Shown here: in pieces, positions 40,408-51,057 of the stretch
How positions within the stretch are numbered: position 1 is the stretch's first letter
How the letters are laid out: every line of letters starts with the position of its first letter
DNA from: Prevotella sp.
GTDB taxonomy: Bacteria; Bacteroidota; Bacteroidia; Bacteroidales; Dysgonomonadaceae
DNA: 64,000 nt
Reading direction: 5' to 3'
Assembly: GCA_031285625.1 (NCBI GenBank)
Contig: JAITVV010000007.1
Span: 1 to 64,000 of the forward strand
The notes under the pieces: generated by a model
Seen by the model: only the letters and a program-made list of their open reading frames with translations
What the model was told of the DNA's origin: nothing
The model's database searches: none
Program-made: the position numbers and the translations under genes

Positions 40408-41774
40408 AGATAAAGACCAAAATAGCGCTTCGATACTCGATTGTCACCGCCATATTAATGGCGGTTTTCGCTACTATTGTCTATTTTGTTTCAGCTCACG
40501 ACAGGGAAATCGAATTTTATGATGACCTCTACAAAGAAGGCGTATCGAAAGCTAATTTATATTTCGAAGCGAAAGCCAGTCCCGAAACCATGCATTCCAT
40601 CTATAAGAACAACATAGAATATATCGACGAAGTGGAAGTCGCCATTTACAATACGCAGTTCAGCCTTTTGTATCATGACGCAAAAGATATAGATATTGTA
40701 AAGGAAACGCCTGACCTTATCACAAGAGTTATCAATTCAAAAAAGAACATTGATTTTTATGTGGAGAAATATCAGGCAGTCGGTTTTATCTTTCATCACA
40801 ATAATTCTCAGTATATAGTTACGGCAGCAGCTTTTGACGGTTACGGTTATAATAAATTGCACAGGCTTTTTGTCAATTTACTTATCCTTACCCTCCTTTC
40901 TATAATTACTTCTTTTATTGTCGGTTACTATCTGGCAAAGAGAGCCCTGAAACCTGTATCGGAAATCTCAAACAAGATGAAAGAGATAACCGCCAATAAT
41001 CTGGATTTAAGATTACTCAGCTACAATGAGAAAGACGAATTCGGAGAATTGGCGACTTCCTTCAACAAAGCTCTGGATATTATAGAATCTTCTTTCGAAT
41101 CGCAGAAAATGTTTGTCAGTAATGTGTCGCATGAATTGCGGACTCCGCTGGCTACCTTAATCGGTGAAATTGATTATGCTTTGTTGAAAAAGCGTACCAT
41201 TGAAGAATATATCCATACACTCCAAACATCGAAGCAAGATACTGTACGCCTGATAAAATTGGTGAACGGTTTACTCGATTTGGCCAAAGCAAGTTATGAT
41301 GAAAGCAAAATATCGATGGGAGAAGTACGTATAGACGAGATACTCCTCGATGCGAGGGAAGAGGTTTTAAGGTTGAATCCTGATTACAAAATCGATTTAC
41401 AATTTACACATCCTACAGAAAACGATTCCGAATTAATTGTTTCAGGTAATGAATACCTTTTGAAAACCGCTTTCTCTAACCTAATGGAGAATAATTGCAA
41501 ATTTTCTGCCAATAGAACATCGACCGTGAAAATATATTCAGTGGAAAACTCATTGCATATAAGCTTCTCCGATACGGGTATTGGTATCCCGTCTGAAGAT
41601 TTGGAGAATATCTTTAAACCATTCTACAGGGGAAGAAACAAAGAATTCATTGATGGCAACGGTATAGGTCTGGCTCTGGTCGATAAAGTTATCAAGATTC
41701 ATAAAGGAAAGATAGGAATAGATTCAGTTATTGGCGTCGGCACGGTTTTTAATATTGAATTCTTTGTCCTTTGA
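40404..41774 (+). CDS. HAMP sensor histidine kinase
   Basis: SHELRTP, NLMENNCKF, DTGIGI, GIGLAL; ATGA overlap with regulator. Confidence 0.93.
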   Translation: MKIKTKIALRYSIVTAILMAVFATIVYFVSAHDREIEFYDDLYKEGVSKANLYFEAKASPETMHSIYKNNIEYIDEVEVAIYNTQFSLLYHDAKDIDIVKETPDLITRVINSKKNIDFYVEKYQAVGFIFHHNNSQYIVTAAAFDGYGYNKLHRLFVNLLILTLLSIITSFIVGYYLAKRALKPVSEISNKMKEITANNLDLRLLSYNEKDEFGELATSFNKALDIIESSFESQKMFVSNVSHELRTPLATLIGEIDYALLKKRTIEEYIHTLQTSKQDTVRLIKLVNGLLDLAKASYDESKISMGEVRIDEILLDAREEVLRLNPDYKIDLQFTHPTENDSELIVSGNEYLLKTAFSNLMENNCKFSANRTSTVKIYSVENSLHISFSDTGIGIPSEDLENIFKPFYRGRNKEFIDGNGIGLALVDKVIKIHKGKIGIDSVIGVGTVFNIEFFVL

Positions 41775-41860
41775 ATATAAAGTAGTAAATTATATTCCAA
41801 AGAATACAAGTCAACTCTAAGCCAAAAGTGGCATTTTGAGAGACAATCCAAAGACAGAAA

Positions 41861-42200
41861 CTGTTACTAAATCGTTACTATTTGGATTGCATATATTAAG
41901 TAAATGACTGACAATTATCAATTTAAAATATAAATTGGTTGATCCATATGGGATCACTAGGCGAACCGAACCTTCGGGGACAGTTCAAAGCCAAAAGCAC
42001 AGGAAAGTCTTCTAAAGTATTAGTTTAGAAGACCTTTTTATTTAATAAATTCTCCTGAGAGACTTCACCAAGACATAAAAAGCCTTCAAAAAATCGAAAA
42101 TAACTACTAAATCACTACTGCTTTAGTTTCGAGTAAAAACAGTAGTTGTCTTTGGATAAAAACTCTCATTTACTGCTCGTTTTGACAGTCAAGAGAAAGA
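41861..42200. repeat. Degenerate att junction (arm-like sites, core, hairpin)
   Basis: CTGTTAC/TCGTTAC 41861/41872, core 41940-41958, hairpin 42004-42037, CCAAGACATAA 42068 identical to 21938. Confidence 0.65.
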
Positions 42201-42219
42201 CATAAGTCTTTATTTAATT

Positions 42220-42286
42220 TTCTAATCTATTTTTAATCTACCTATAATCCTCATCTAATATAACTCAAAGAAACGTCTAATCTTTG
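42220..42286 (+). promoter_or_regulatory. RND-2 promoter with 11-bp-periodic TAATC repeats
   Basis: TAATC at 42223, 42234, 42245, TAATA at 42256; imperfect -7 AATCTTTG at 42279. Confidence 0.55.
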
Positions 42287-42323
42287 GGAAATATATTTGC
42301 ATCATAAAAATTGTATGCGTGCA

Positions 42324-43613
42324 ATGAAAAAATATTCTCTTTTTATTCTTTTGTTTTTCAATATACTAGCCGGATATTCCCAAGAACAGCAGTCACAGTC
42401 ACTGAAATTGAGTCGTGAAGAAATCGAGGTACTATTTCTGAAAAACAATCTCCAGCTTATAGCCGAAAAATTTAATATAGACATAGCCGATGCAGCCATA
42501 GTACAGGCTAGACTATGGGACAACCCCACTTTATCAATAGAAGGAATGAACCTATGGAGTACAAAATCGCAACGAGATGAAATAGAAGATATGGTAACCT
42601 CATCTTTTGTTAAAAACACAGAGTTCAGCATTGAACTAAGCCAGTTAATCCTAACTGCCAATAAACGAGGGAAACTGATTAGGCGGGAGAAAGTCTCGAA
42701 AGAAATCGCCAGACAAGAATTTGAGAAGATATTGCGCGGGCTGAAAGCCGAACTGAGAAAATCAATTTACGAAACACAATATTTACAAGCCTATCTCAAT
42801 ATACTGATGAATCAGCGTCAATCAGTAAACCAATTAGTCGAATCTCATAGAAAACAAGTTCTGCAGGGAAACATTGCAAAAAGCGAACTGCTTCGTCTGC
42901 AATCGTCCCTTCTCGATCTGGAAAACGAAATAAATGACACTCAACTCGATTTGGAAGAGCAGAGAAAAACTTTAAAAATCTTATTGAATATAGACCCGTT
43001 TACTCATATTGAGGTTGCAGATGATCCGGATACTGAAAAAAATCCTGATAATATCATACTTTCAGATTTATTGTATATAGCGGACGAATCACGCCCCGAT
43101 ATGAAACAATACAAACTTCAAACGCAATATTATCAAAGATCACTGGATTATGAAAAATCACAAAGAATCCCCAATATAAACATCAGTGCCAGCTATGACC
43201 GTTACGGGGGAGTATGGAAAGACTTTGTAGGGTTTGGAGTAAGCATAGACCTTCCTTTTTTCAATCGGAACCAAGGAAATATCAAAGCAGCAAAATTAAG
43301 TATAGACCAAAGCCAGTATTTATCACAACAGCAGCACAGCATTATCCGCCACGAAATTACTACCGCTTATAACAGCTATCTCCATACATACAATTTCTAT
43401 AAGAAAATAGAGAACAACAGTTTGTTTTCCGAATTAGACGGCATGCTGGACGTATATACCAAAAATCTTCAGTACAGGAATATCGGTATGCTCGAATATG
43501 TAGATTTTATGGATACATACAAATCAAGTAAGCAGACGATGCTTACCGCTAAAAAGAATGTAAGTATACAGTTCGAAGAATTACAATATACAGTAGGAAC
43601 AGATATAAAATAA
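42324..43613 (+). CDS. TolC/CzcC outer membrane efflux protein
   Basis: Signal peptide MKKYSLF..., ARLWDNP, DLPFFNRNQGNI. Confidence 0.88.
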   Translation: MKKYSLFILLFFNILAGYSQEQQSQSLKLSREEIEVLFLKNNLQLIAEKFNIDIADAAIVQARLWDNPTLSIEGMNLWSTKSQRDEIEDMVTSSFVKNTEFSIELSQLILTANKRGKLIRREKVSKEIARQEFEKILRGLKAELRKSIYETQYLQAYLNILMNQRQSVNQLVESHRKQVLQGNIAKSELLRLQSSLLDLENEINDTQLDLEEQRKTLKILLNIDPFTHIEVADDPDTEKNPDNIILSDLLYIADESRPDMKQYKLQTQYYQRSLDYEKSQRIPNINISASYDRYGGVWKDFVGFGVSIDLPFFNRNQGNIKAAKLSIDQSQYLSQQQHSIIRHEITTAYNSYLHTYNFYKKIENNSLFSELDGMLDVYTKNLQYRNIGMLEYVDFMDTYKSSKQTMLTAKKNVSIQFEELQYTVGTDIK

Positions 43614-43616
43614 GCC

Positions 43617-44714
43617 ATGATTAAAAAACATATCATAAAAACATTCTGGATTATGGGTACTATCTCCATGATATCCTGTTTGGGAGGCGATACCCCAAAA
43701 GAAGAAGATATAGAAGCGGGTAAAATCAATGAGACATTTCTCAAAAGTGTAAAAACAACAAAAGCCATATTAAGCAACCGAAATGAAGAGCTTACCCTCA
43801 CTGGTAAAGTCGAATATGATCCCGATAAGATTATTAATTATGTGTCTTTGGTAAACGGTATTGCAGCCCGCACATATTTTTCTTTGGGAGACAAAGTACA
43901 GAAAGGTCAGACCTTACTTGATATAAGGAGTGCTGACCTGAGCTCCTTGCAATCGGAAGCTGTCACCTCCGAATCGGAAGTAAAGATTGCACAACGCGAA
44001 TTACAGACGTCCCAATCCATGTACGAAGACAATATATTATCCGAAAAGGAATTGCTGGAAGCTCAGGCTAAACTGAAACAGGCTCAGGCAACACACAACA
44101 AGATACAGAATGACATCTCTGTACTTGGTACCAATAAAGGAAATGGAGCATTTTCTATCAAATCGCCCATGACTGGATATATCGTAGCTAAAAACGTTTC
44201 TTCAGGAAGTACTATATCCACCGACAGTGACCCGCTTTTCACGGTAGCCGACCTAAGTACCGTATGGATAACAGCCAATATATATGCCAGCAACCTGCAA
44301 TTTGTAAAGGAAGGCATGGAGGTTGCGATAACTACTTTGTCTTACCCCGGCGAGATATTTCAAGGCAGAATAAATGTACTTTCGCAAGTCTTTGATCCCG
44401 AAGAAAAAGTATTGAAGGCACGTATTGTCATGAGTAATAAAGAGCTAAAGTTCAAACCCGAAATGTCGGTTGTAATCCGACTGAAAAACGAAACGAATGC
44501 TCAATTTGTCTCAGTACCTTCCGATGCCATCGTTTTTGATGATGACCGCTATTTTGTCATAGTACAGGATGCAACTGGTAATTTCAAAATAAAGGAAATC
44601 AAACTGGAGGGGCACAATAATAAAACTACCTATATCGCTTCCGGTTTGTTGGAGGGCGAAGAGGTAGTAACAAAGAATCAATTACTCATATACTCAGGCT
44701 TAAAAGAAGATTAA
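43617..44714 (+). CDS. RND periplasmic adaptor
   Basis: Lipobox MISC; IKSPMTG, VADLSTVWI, FKPEM. Confidence 0.9.
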   Translation: MIKKHIIKTFWIMGTISMISCLGGDTPKEEDIEAGKINETFLKSVKTTKAILSNRNEELTLTGKVEYDPDKIINYVSLVNGIAARTYFSLGDKVQKGQTLLDIRSADLSSLQSEAVTSESEVKIAQRELQTSQSMYEDNILSEKELLEAQAKLKQAQATHNKIQNDISVLGTNKGNGAFSIKSPMTGYIVAKNVSSGSTISTDSDPLFTVADLSTVWITANIYASNLQFVKEGMEVAITTLSYPGEIFQGRINVLSQVFDPEEKVLKARIVMSNKELKFKPEMSVVIRLKNETNAQFVSVPSDAIVFDDDRYFVIVQDATGNFKIKEIKLEGHNNKTTYIASGLLEGEEVVTKNQLLIYSGLKED

Positions 44715-44717
44715 TCC

Positions 44718-47700
44718 ATGCATAAGTTTGTCGAAAATATTATTGCATTCTCATTACGGAATCACATACTTGTACTTTTTCTTAGTGCCCTTCTGTTTAT
44801 TACCGGAATCATTTGTTATCTATATACCCCCATTGAGGCATATCCGGATGTGACAAATACACGTGTACGGATCATTACTCAATGGCCGGGAAGAAGTGCA
44901 GAGGAAGTTGAGAAATTTGTAACCCTTCCTATAATGCGGGAAATGAACACAATTCCCCGTAAGACAGATGTCCGCTCTACTTCTCTGTTTGGCCTATCGG
45001 TAGTTACTGTAGTTTTTGAAGATGGCGTCGACGACTTTTTTGCACAGCAATATTCATCCAACAGAATGCAAGGTCTTGACCTTCCCGAAGGCGCTGATCC
45101 ATCTATTGAGCCACCTTCGGGAGCTACCGGTGAAATATATCGCTATGTATTGAAGAGCGAATTACCGATCAGAGAAGTAGCAGCTATAAACGAATGGGTT
45201 GTAGAACGTGAGTTACTTTCGGTACCGGGTGTTGCTAGCATTGCAAGTTTTGGTGGAGAAGAAAAAATGTTTGAGATAAAAGTCAATCCTGCCGAATTGA
45301 GCAATTATGACTTATCTCCATTAGAAGTATTCGATGCAGTATCGAAAAGTAATATCAATGTAGGTGGAGATATTATTCAGAAAGGGAGTCAGGCTTATGT
45401 TGTAAGAGGGATAGGCCTGCTCGAAAGTATCGAAGATATCGAAAACATACTGATAGAAGTAAAAGGTGGAACACCCATCAGGGTAAAGCAGGTAGCAACT
45501 GTTAGCATCTCATCTAAACCGAGATTAGGGCAAGTAGGATTAGACGATGAAGATGATATAGTACAAGGAATCGTCATTATGCTACGGGGGCAGAATCCGA
45601 GTGAAGTCATTAACAACCTGAAAGAAAAAATAGGAGAACTCAACAACCGGATTTTACCCGAAGATGTTAAGATAGAACCTTTTCTCGACCGCACAACGTT
45701 AGTGGATTCGACAGTGCACACAGTAATGAAAAATTTGCTTGAAGGCATCTTATTAGTTTCCATAGTAGTCTTCATTTTTCTTTTCAATTGGCGTACAACG
45801 GTAATTGTAGCCACTGTGATTCCACTATCGTTTTTGTTTGCAATTATTATGTTACGGATACAGGGACTGCCTGCAAATCTCATTTCGATGGGTGCACTCG
45901 ACTTTGGTCTTTTACTGGAAGGTACCCTGGTCATAGTTGAAGTTATATTTGTAGCAATGGTAAAACGTTCCGGAAAACTGGGGACACGCTTTACAAATAT
46001 CTCAAAAAATGGTATAATAAAGAAAAGTGCGGGGAGTGTAGCATCTCATATCTTTTTTGCACAAATTATCCTTGTAGTAGCATTATTTCCTATCTTCTCA
46101 TTTCAGAAAGTAGAAGGGAAAATGTTTTCACCATTGGCTTTCACACTCGGATATGCATTGCTTGGCTCACTTATGCTTTCCCTCACTTATGTACCTGTAA
46201 TGTGTAAGGTTTTACTGATCAAGCCAGTCAAAGAGAAAAGTAATTTTATCAGCAGATTTTTCATAGAGATACTCAACAAAATATATCGGTTCAGTTCACA
46301 TTACAGAAAGGGTACGATTATTGCATTTTGTGTATTACTGGTAATTTGTATTGTACGGTTTGGATTCTGGGGAACAGAATTTATCCCGAGTATGAACGAA
46401 GGCGCAATATATATACGTGCTACATTGCCCAACAGCGTTAATTTGGACGAATCGATGAGGATTACACGACAAATGAAACAAAAGCTCCGTAAGTTCGATG
46501 AAATTCAATTTATCCTGTCCCAAACCGGGCGCCCGAATGATGGAACAGATCCGACAGGGTTTTTCAATATAGAGTTTCACGCCCAGCTAAAACCCGAAAA
46601 AGAATGGAAACGTAAAGTAAAAAAAGATGACTTGATTGCTGAAATCAAAGATTCACTTGACATTTATCCCGGAGTTATTCTTGGCTTCAGTCAACCGATA
46701 CAAGACAATGTAGAAGAATATGTTGCCGGAGTAAAAAGCTCACTTGTTATCAAAATATATGGGAACGATCTGCATCAACTCGAAGACTTGGCTGATCAGA
46801 CTGCTGCTACAATAAAAAATATACGTGGGGTAGAAGATATTAATGTTTTCCGAAGCATCGGCTTGCCTGAACTACAAATCAAACTGGAAGAGTCAAAAAT
46901 GGCCCGTTATGCTGTTTCGATGGCAGATGCACAGGCTGTAGTAGAGATGGCAATCGGTGGAAAAGCTGCTACCAAATTTTATGAAGAAGAACGTACTTTT
47001 GATGTACAAATACGTTTTCAGAAGGAATATAGAGATAATGAAGACAAGATTGGTAACATACTAATTCCTACGATGGACGGAAAATATGTACCTCTTAAAG
47101 AAATAGCAGACATAAAGTTCATCTCCGGACCTACATTTATTTATAGAGATGGGAGTAGCCGCTATGTAGGAATCGGGTTTAGTATTCGCGACAGGGACTT
47201 AGGTTCCACTATTGCCGAAGCTCAAGCCAAAGTAAAAGAAAAAGTACAACTCAAAACAGAAAACAAAATGGTATGGGCAGGTGAATTTGAGAGCCAGCAA
47301 CGTGCAACTAGCAGATTAATGGTTATTGTTCCTGCTGTATTATTACTTATTTTATTTTTATTGTATCTGAACTTCGGGACAGTGAAAGACACGCTTATTG
47401 CTGCAAGTGCCATTCCTTACGCTTTTATAGGAGGTTTTATATCGTTGTGGGCAACAGGTACGGTATTCGGAATATCAGCCGGAATAGGCTTCATTATTTT
47501 ATTCGGTATCACAGCTATAAATAGTATATTGCTCATTGTCCTTATGAAAGAGAGAATGCAACGTACCAAAAACCTCCGTCTGGCTATAGATGATGCTGTA
47601 ACCAATCGTATAAGACCTGTCTTAATGATTGCCCTAATGGGCTCGATGGGACTGCTTCCCGCAGCTCTATCGCACGGCATGGGCTCGGAGATACAAAAAC

Positions 47701-47816
47701 CTTTGGCTATTATGATCGTAGGAGGAATACTTATTTGTATGATACTCTCATTTACTGTATTACCACAGGTGTTTTATTTTGCTTACAGAAGAGACAAGCG
47801 ATTGAAAGATAAGTAA
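44718..47816 (+). CDS. CusA/CzcA heavy-metal RND transporter
   Basis: PIEAYPDVTN, GLPANLISMGALDFG, RIRPVLM, EIQKPLA. Confidence 0.94.
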   Translation: MHKFVENIIAFSLRNHILVLFLSALLFITGIICYLYTPIEAYPDVTNTRVRIITQWPGRSAEEVEKFVTLPIMREMNTIPRKTDVRSTSLFGLSVVTVVFEDGVDDFFAQQYSSNRMQGLDLPEGADPSIEPPSGATGEIYRYVLKSELPIREVAAINEWVVERELLSVPGVASIASFGGEEKMFEIKVNPAELSNYDLSPLEVFDAVSKSNINVGGDIIQKGSQAYVVRGIGLLESIEDIENILIEVKGGTPIRVKQVATVSISSKPRLGQVGLDDEDDIVQGIVIMLRGQNPSEVINNLKEKIGELNNRILPEDVKIEPFLDRTTLVDSTVHTVMKNLLEGILLVSIVVFIFLFNWRTTVIVATVIPLSFLFAIIMLRIQGLPANLISMGALDFGLLLEGTLVIVEVIFVAMVKRSGKLGTRFTNISKNGIIKKSAGSVASHIFFAQIILVVALFPIFSFQKVEGKMFSPLAFTLGYALLGSLMLSLTYVPVMCKVLLIKPVKEKSNFISRFFIEILNKIYRFSSHYRKGTIIAFCVLLVICIVRFGFWGTEFIPSMNEGAIYIRATLPNSVNLDESMRITRQMKQKLRKFDEIQFILSQTGRPNDGTDPTGFFNIEFHAQLKPEKEWKRKVKKDDLIAEIKDSLDIYPGVILGFSQPIQDNVEEYVAGVKSSLVIKIYGNDLHQLEDLADQTAATIKNIRGVEDINVFRSIGLPELQIKLEESKMARYAVSMADAQAVVEMAIGGKAATKFYEEERTFDVQIRFQKEYRDNEDKIGNILIPTMDGKYVPLKEIADIKFISGPTFIYRDGSSRYVGIGFSIRDRDLGSTIAEAQAKVKEKVQLKTENKMVWAGEFESQQRATSRLMVIVPAVLLLILFLLYLNFGTVKDTLIAASAIPYAFIGGFISLWATGTVFGISAGIGFIILFGITAINSILLIVLMKERMQRTKNLRLAIDDAVTNRIRPVLMIALMGSMGLLPAALSHGMGSEIQKPLAIMIVGGILICMILSFTVLPQVFYFAYRRDKRLKDK

Positions 47817-47854
47817 TCCAAAATTCTTATCTTTATAATTCGAATATTCTTATT

Positions 47855-48538
47855 ATGGAATTATTATTAATAGAAGATAATAGCCGGATCAGCGAATTCG
47901 TTATAAAGGGACTGGAAGAAAGTGGTTTCGCTGTGGTTTTGGCCGATAACGGAGTTGAAGCCCGTAGACTTATCGGACAGAAAGAATGGGATCTTATCTT
48001 GTTGGATATAATGTTGCCTGATATTGATGGCATAGAATTATTACAATATACCCGTTATAAAAAGATCCAGACTCCTATACTTGTTATCAGTGCTCTGGGT
48101 GATCCCGATGATAAGATAAAAGCTCTCGATTATGGGGCTGATGATTATCTGACTAAACCCTTTTTATTACGCGAATTGATTGCTCATATAAATGCCCTTA
48201 CACGTAGGGCAAAGCTAAAATATGACGAATCTTCCGATATTCTGGAATGTGATAACCTAAAAATTTATCTGGACAGGCATCGCGTTGAAAGAGGAGGAAA
48301 AGAGATAAGACTCACATTACAAGAATTTAAGCTACTCAGACTACTGATAGAGAATGAGAATAAAGTATTATCTCGCACACAGATTTTGGATACGGTATGG
48401 GGGGTAAACTATGATACCAATACCAATGTAGTGGATGTGTATATTTCTTATCTGAGAAATAAGATAGATACGGAAGGATATACAAAGTTGATAAAGACTA
48501 TAAAAGGACGTGGTTATATGATACAATCTCAAGAATAG
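47855..48538 (+). CDS. OmpR-family response regulator
   Basis: LLDIMLP, GADDYLTKPF, NVVDVYISYLRNKID. Confidence 0.93.
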   Translation: MELLLIEDNSRISEFVIKGLEESGFAVVLADNGVEARRLIGQKEWDLILLDIMLPDIDGIELLQYTRYKKIQTPILVISALGDPDDKIKALDYGADDYLTKPFLLRELIAHINALTRRAKLKYDESSDILECDNLKIYLDRHRVERGGKEIRLTLQEFKLLRLLIENENKVLSRTQILDTVWGVNYDTNTNVVDVYISYLRNKIDTEGYTKLIKTIKGRGYMIQSQE

Positions 48539-48546
48539 TTTCTATA

Positions 48547-49893
48547 ATGAAAGTAAAAACCCGTCTTAGTTTATACTGCTCCCTGATATTCGGAATTGTT
48601 TTCGCTGTTGTATCATTCCTGATATATAGCTTATTTTATAAGAATACTGAAAAGGCCATCTTTAGCGATTTAGAAAAGACCGCATACATTTCCGCTCTGT
48701 TTTATCTGGAAGAGGACGAACTTAGTGCAAAGGAATTTTATAAGATTAGGATGCAATTTGAGGAAATTGTATCCGATTCATCTTACCAGGTCTATAATTC
48801 AGAAAATAGAATTATTTATGGAATACAGTCGTTTGATGTACCTGTATCTATTTTGGAAAAAACACGAGAAAATGGCCATTTATCCTTTTCCACAGACCAT
48901 TTTTTATGTTATGGTATATTTTATGTCGACAATCAGGGTGATTTCGTAGTTATAGCCAAAGAAGATAAAGCTGTATTGGATGGTCAGATGAATATATTAT
49001 TATGGATATTGATCCCTCTATTTATAATAGCACTCACTGCTATTGTCTTCTTGAGCAGATGGGTTGCCAACATTGCTTATAGTCCTTTCAGCGAGGCCAT
49101 ATCAGAGGTAAACAATATATCTACGAACAATCTGGATGTCCAGATCAAGTCTCCTCAGACCAATGATGAACTACAAGACCTCATCGATACATTCAATAGT
49201 TTGCTGACAAAAATATCGGAAACCGTAATCATTCAGAAAAATTTTGTCAGGTACATATCACACGAATTTAAAACCCCTCTAGCCTCTATGATTGGAAATC
49301 TGGATTTATTTTCCTTGAAAGATCGGAGTCCGGCCGAATATCATCAACTTTCGGTAAAGCTTATGCAACAGATATTTCAGATGGAAGAAATATTGGATAC
49401 TCTTATTATTATATCCGACCTGAGAAAAGATGAAAGAAAAACAGGAGAAACCCGTATAGATGAACTAATTTGGGAAATAATAAACAAAATCAAGGATATC
49501 CATCCTTCTTCAAAAATTCTGGTGAATATTAATATTGCTCCCGAAGATGAGTCATTAATGCTCGTAAATATAGACCGCACCCAACTACTTATCGCTTTAT
49601 TGAACCTGATTGAAAACGCAGTAAAATATTCACAAAAGGAAAACATTGAAATCGACCTTATAAAAAAAGAGAATATTCTTTGTTTATCTATTATGGATAG
49701 AGGTATTGGAATTCCGAAAGAACAATTATCGTATATAAGCAAGCCGTTCTACCGGGCTGATAATACTGACAGAATACAGGGTAATGGGATCGGTTTGTCT
49801 TTGGCCTTACGTATTTTTGATAAAAACAATATCAACTACAAAATTGAATCTGAACTAAATAAGGGTACTAAGATCATGATATATTTTGTGTAA
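48547..49893 (+). CDS. Sensor histidine kinase
   Basis: SHEFKTP, NLIENAVKYS, DRGIGI, GIGLSL. Confidence 0.93.
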   Translation: MKVKTRLSLYCSLIFGIVFAVVSFLIYSLFYKNTEKAIFSDLEKTAYISALFYLEEDELSAKEFYKIRMQFEEIVSDSSYQVYNSENRIIYGIQSFDVPVSILEKTRENGHLSFSTDHFLCYGIFYVDNQGDFVVIAKEDKAVLDGQMNILLWILIPLFIIALTAIVFLSRWVANIAYSPFSEAISEVNNISTNNLDVQIKSPQTNDELQDLIDTFNSLLTKISETVIIQKNFVRYISHEFKTPLASMIGNLDLFSLKDRSPAEYHQLSVKLMQQIFQMEEILDTLIIISDLRKDERKTGETRIDELIWEIINKIKDIHPSSKILVNINIAPEDESLMLVNIDRTQLLIALLNLIENAVKYSQKENIEIDLIKKENILCLSIMDRGIGIPKEQLSYISKPFYRADNTDRIQGNGIGLSLALRIFDKNNINYKIESELNKGTKIMIYFV

Positions 49894-49917
49894 TTGTCTT
49901 GTATTATAAAAGATATT

Positions 49918-51054
49918 TCAAATCACATCATATACTCCTTTAGTCAAAACTTTAGTATCAGAATTAAACTCTTCACCAGGAATAATTTCGATCCAGTCAC
50001 CGTTTCGTTCTCCGGTCTTTATTAAAGTCTTGCGGAAAGTATAAAGTCCCTCTTTTTCCGATTCCAGAACCAAGAGGAAGTTATTGCCTTCTTCTGTTGT
50101 GACAGCATCAAAAGGTACGCTCAGGGCATTTCGTGAGTCGGCTACAAGCTGAGCTTCTACAAACATACCCGTCAATAGTTTTTGCTTTGTACTGGCATCT
50201 AAAGAGGCATAAACATTAATAACGCGGTCGTTCCCTCCAACTGATTTTCCAATCTGTGAAACCTTTGCTTCAAACTCATCCGAACCTACCTGTGGAACCA
50301 TAAACTTTATTTTTTGTCCGTTTTTTAAATTGAATATATCTTTTTCGAATACGGCTAATTCCAGATGCATAGCCTGTGTTTCTACAACTTCCATGATAAC
50401 ATCGACAGGGGAAATTGCTATTCCCACATTAGCATTGATAGCTGTAATATCGCCAGAGATAGGAGAATAGACAGTAATATAGGAGGAGAATTTGCCCTGC
50501 TCCACCTGTGACGGGTTGATGCGAAGCATATTCAGTTTTTGACGGAGGCTTTCATAAGTTGCTTTCGCACGTTTATAACCGCTCTCTGCTTCAAGGTACT
50601 TTTTTTTGGAAGATATTTTTTCATCGAATAGTGTCTTTTGTCTTTCATATTCCGATTTCAGATATTCCATTTGACCTGCTATTTCCAGATATGATTGTTG
50701 GAGGTCAATATATTCAGGACTTTCGAGAGTAATGAGTGGCTGCCCTTTAGAGACCTTATCGCCTACAAGTAAAGAAATGGATTTGACATATCCTCCCACA
50801 AATGAAGTCACTTTCGCCCTGTTTTTGGGTGGTACATCTATTCTACCCGATGCTTTTATAGTATTGTCAAATTCTCTTTCCTGTAAAGGGCTAATCTCCA
50901 TTTTCATAGAGTTGAACTGCTCTTGTGTAATCTCTACTAAAGAGGCATCTTCCTGTTTGGCGTTTTCCCCCTCCGAAGGTTTGTTTTCTCCTCCACAAGA
51001 ACTTAAAAAACTAATTATCAATGTAAACAGTATATAATAAGAATATCTTTTCAT
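49918..51054 (-). CDS. RND periplasmic adaptor lipoprotein
   Basis: Lipobox LSSC; VYSPISG, ELAVFEKD, GMFVEA. Confidence 0.9.
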   Translation of the reverse strand: MKRYSYYILFTLIISFLSSCGGENKPSEGENAKQEDASLVEITQEQFNSMKMEISPLQEREFDNTIKASGRIDVPPKNRAKVTSFVGGYVKSISLLVGDKVSKGQPLITLESPEYIDLQQSYLEIAGQMEYLKSEYERQKTLFDEKISSKKKYLEAESGYKRAKATYESLRQKLNMLRINPSQVEQGKFSSYITVYSPISGDITAINANVGIAISPVDVIMEVVETQAMHLELAVFEKDIFNLKNGQKIKFMVPQVGSDEFEAKVSQIGKSVGGNDRVINVYASLDASTKQKLLTGMFVEAQLVADSRNALSVPFDAVTTEEGNNFLLVLESEKEGLYTFRKTLIKTGERNGDWIEIIPGEEFNSDTKVLTKGVYDVI

Positions 51055-51057
51055 CGC

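Larger units (their letters stand above)
30207..41958 (+). mobile_element. Second, integrase-less integrated unit (Mg uptake plus metal efflux island)
   Basis: Bounded by att core 30207-30222 and degenerate core TGATCC-ATATG-GGATCACT 41940-41958 with GTTAC tandem at matching distance. Confidence 0.6.
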
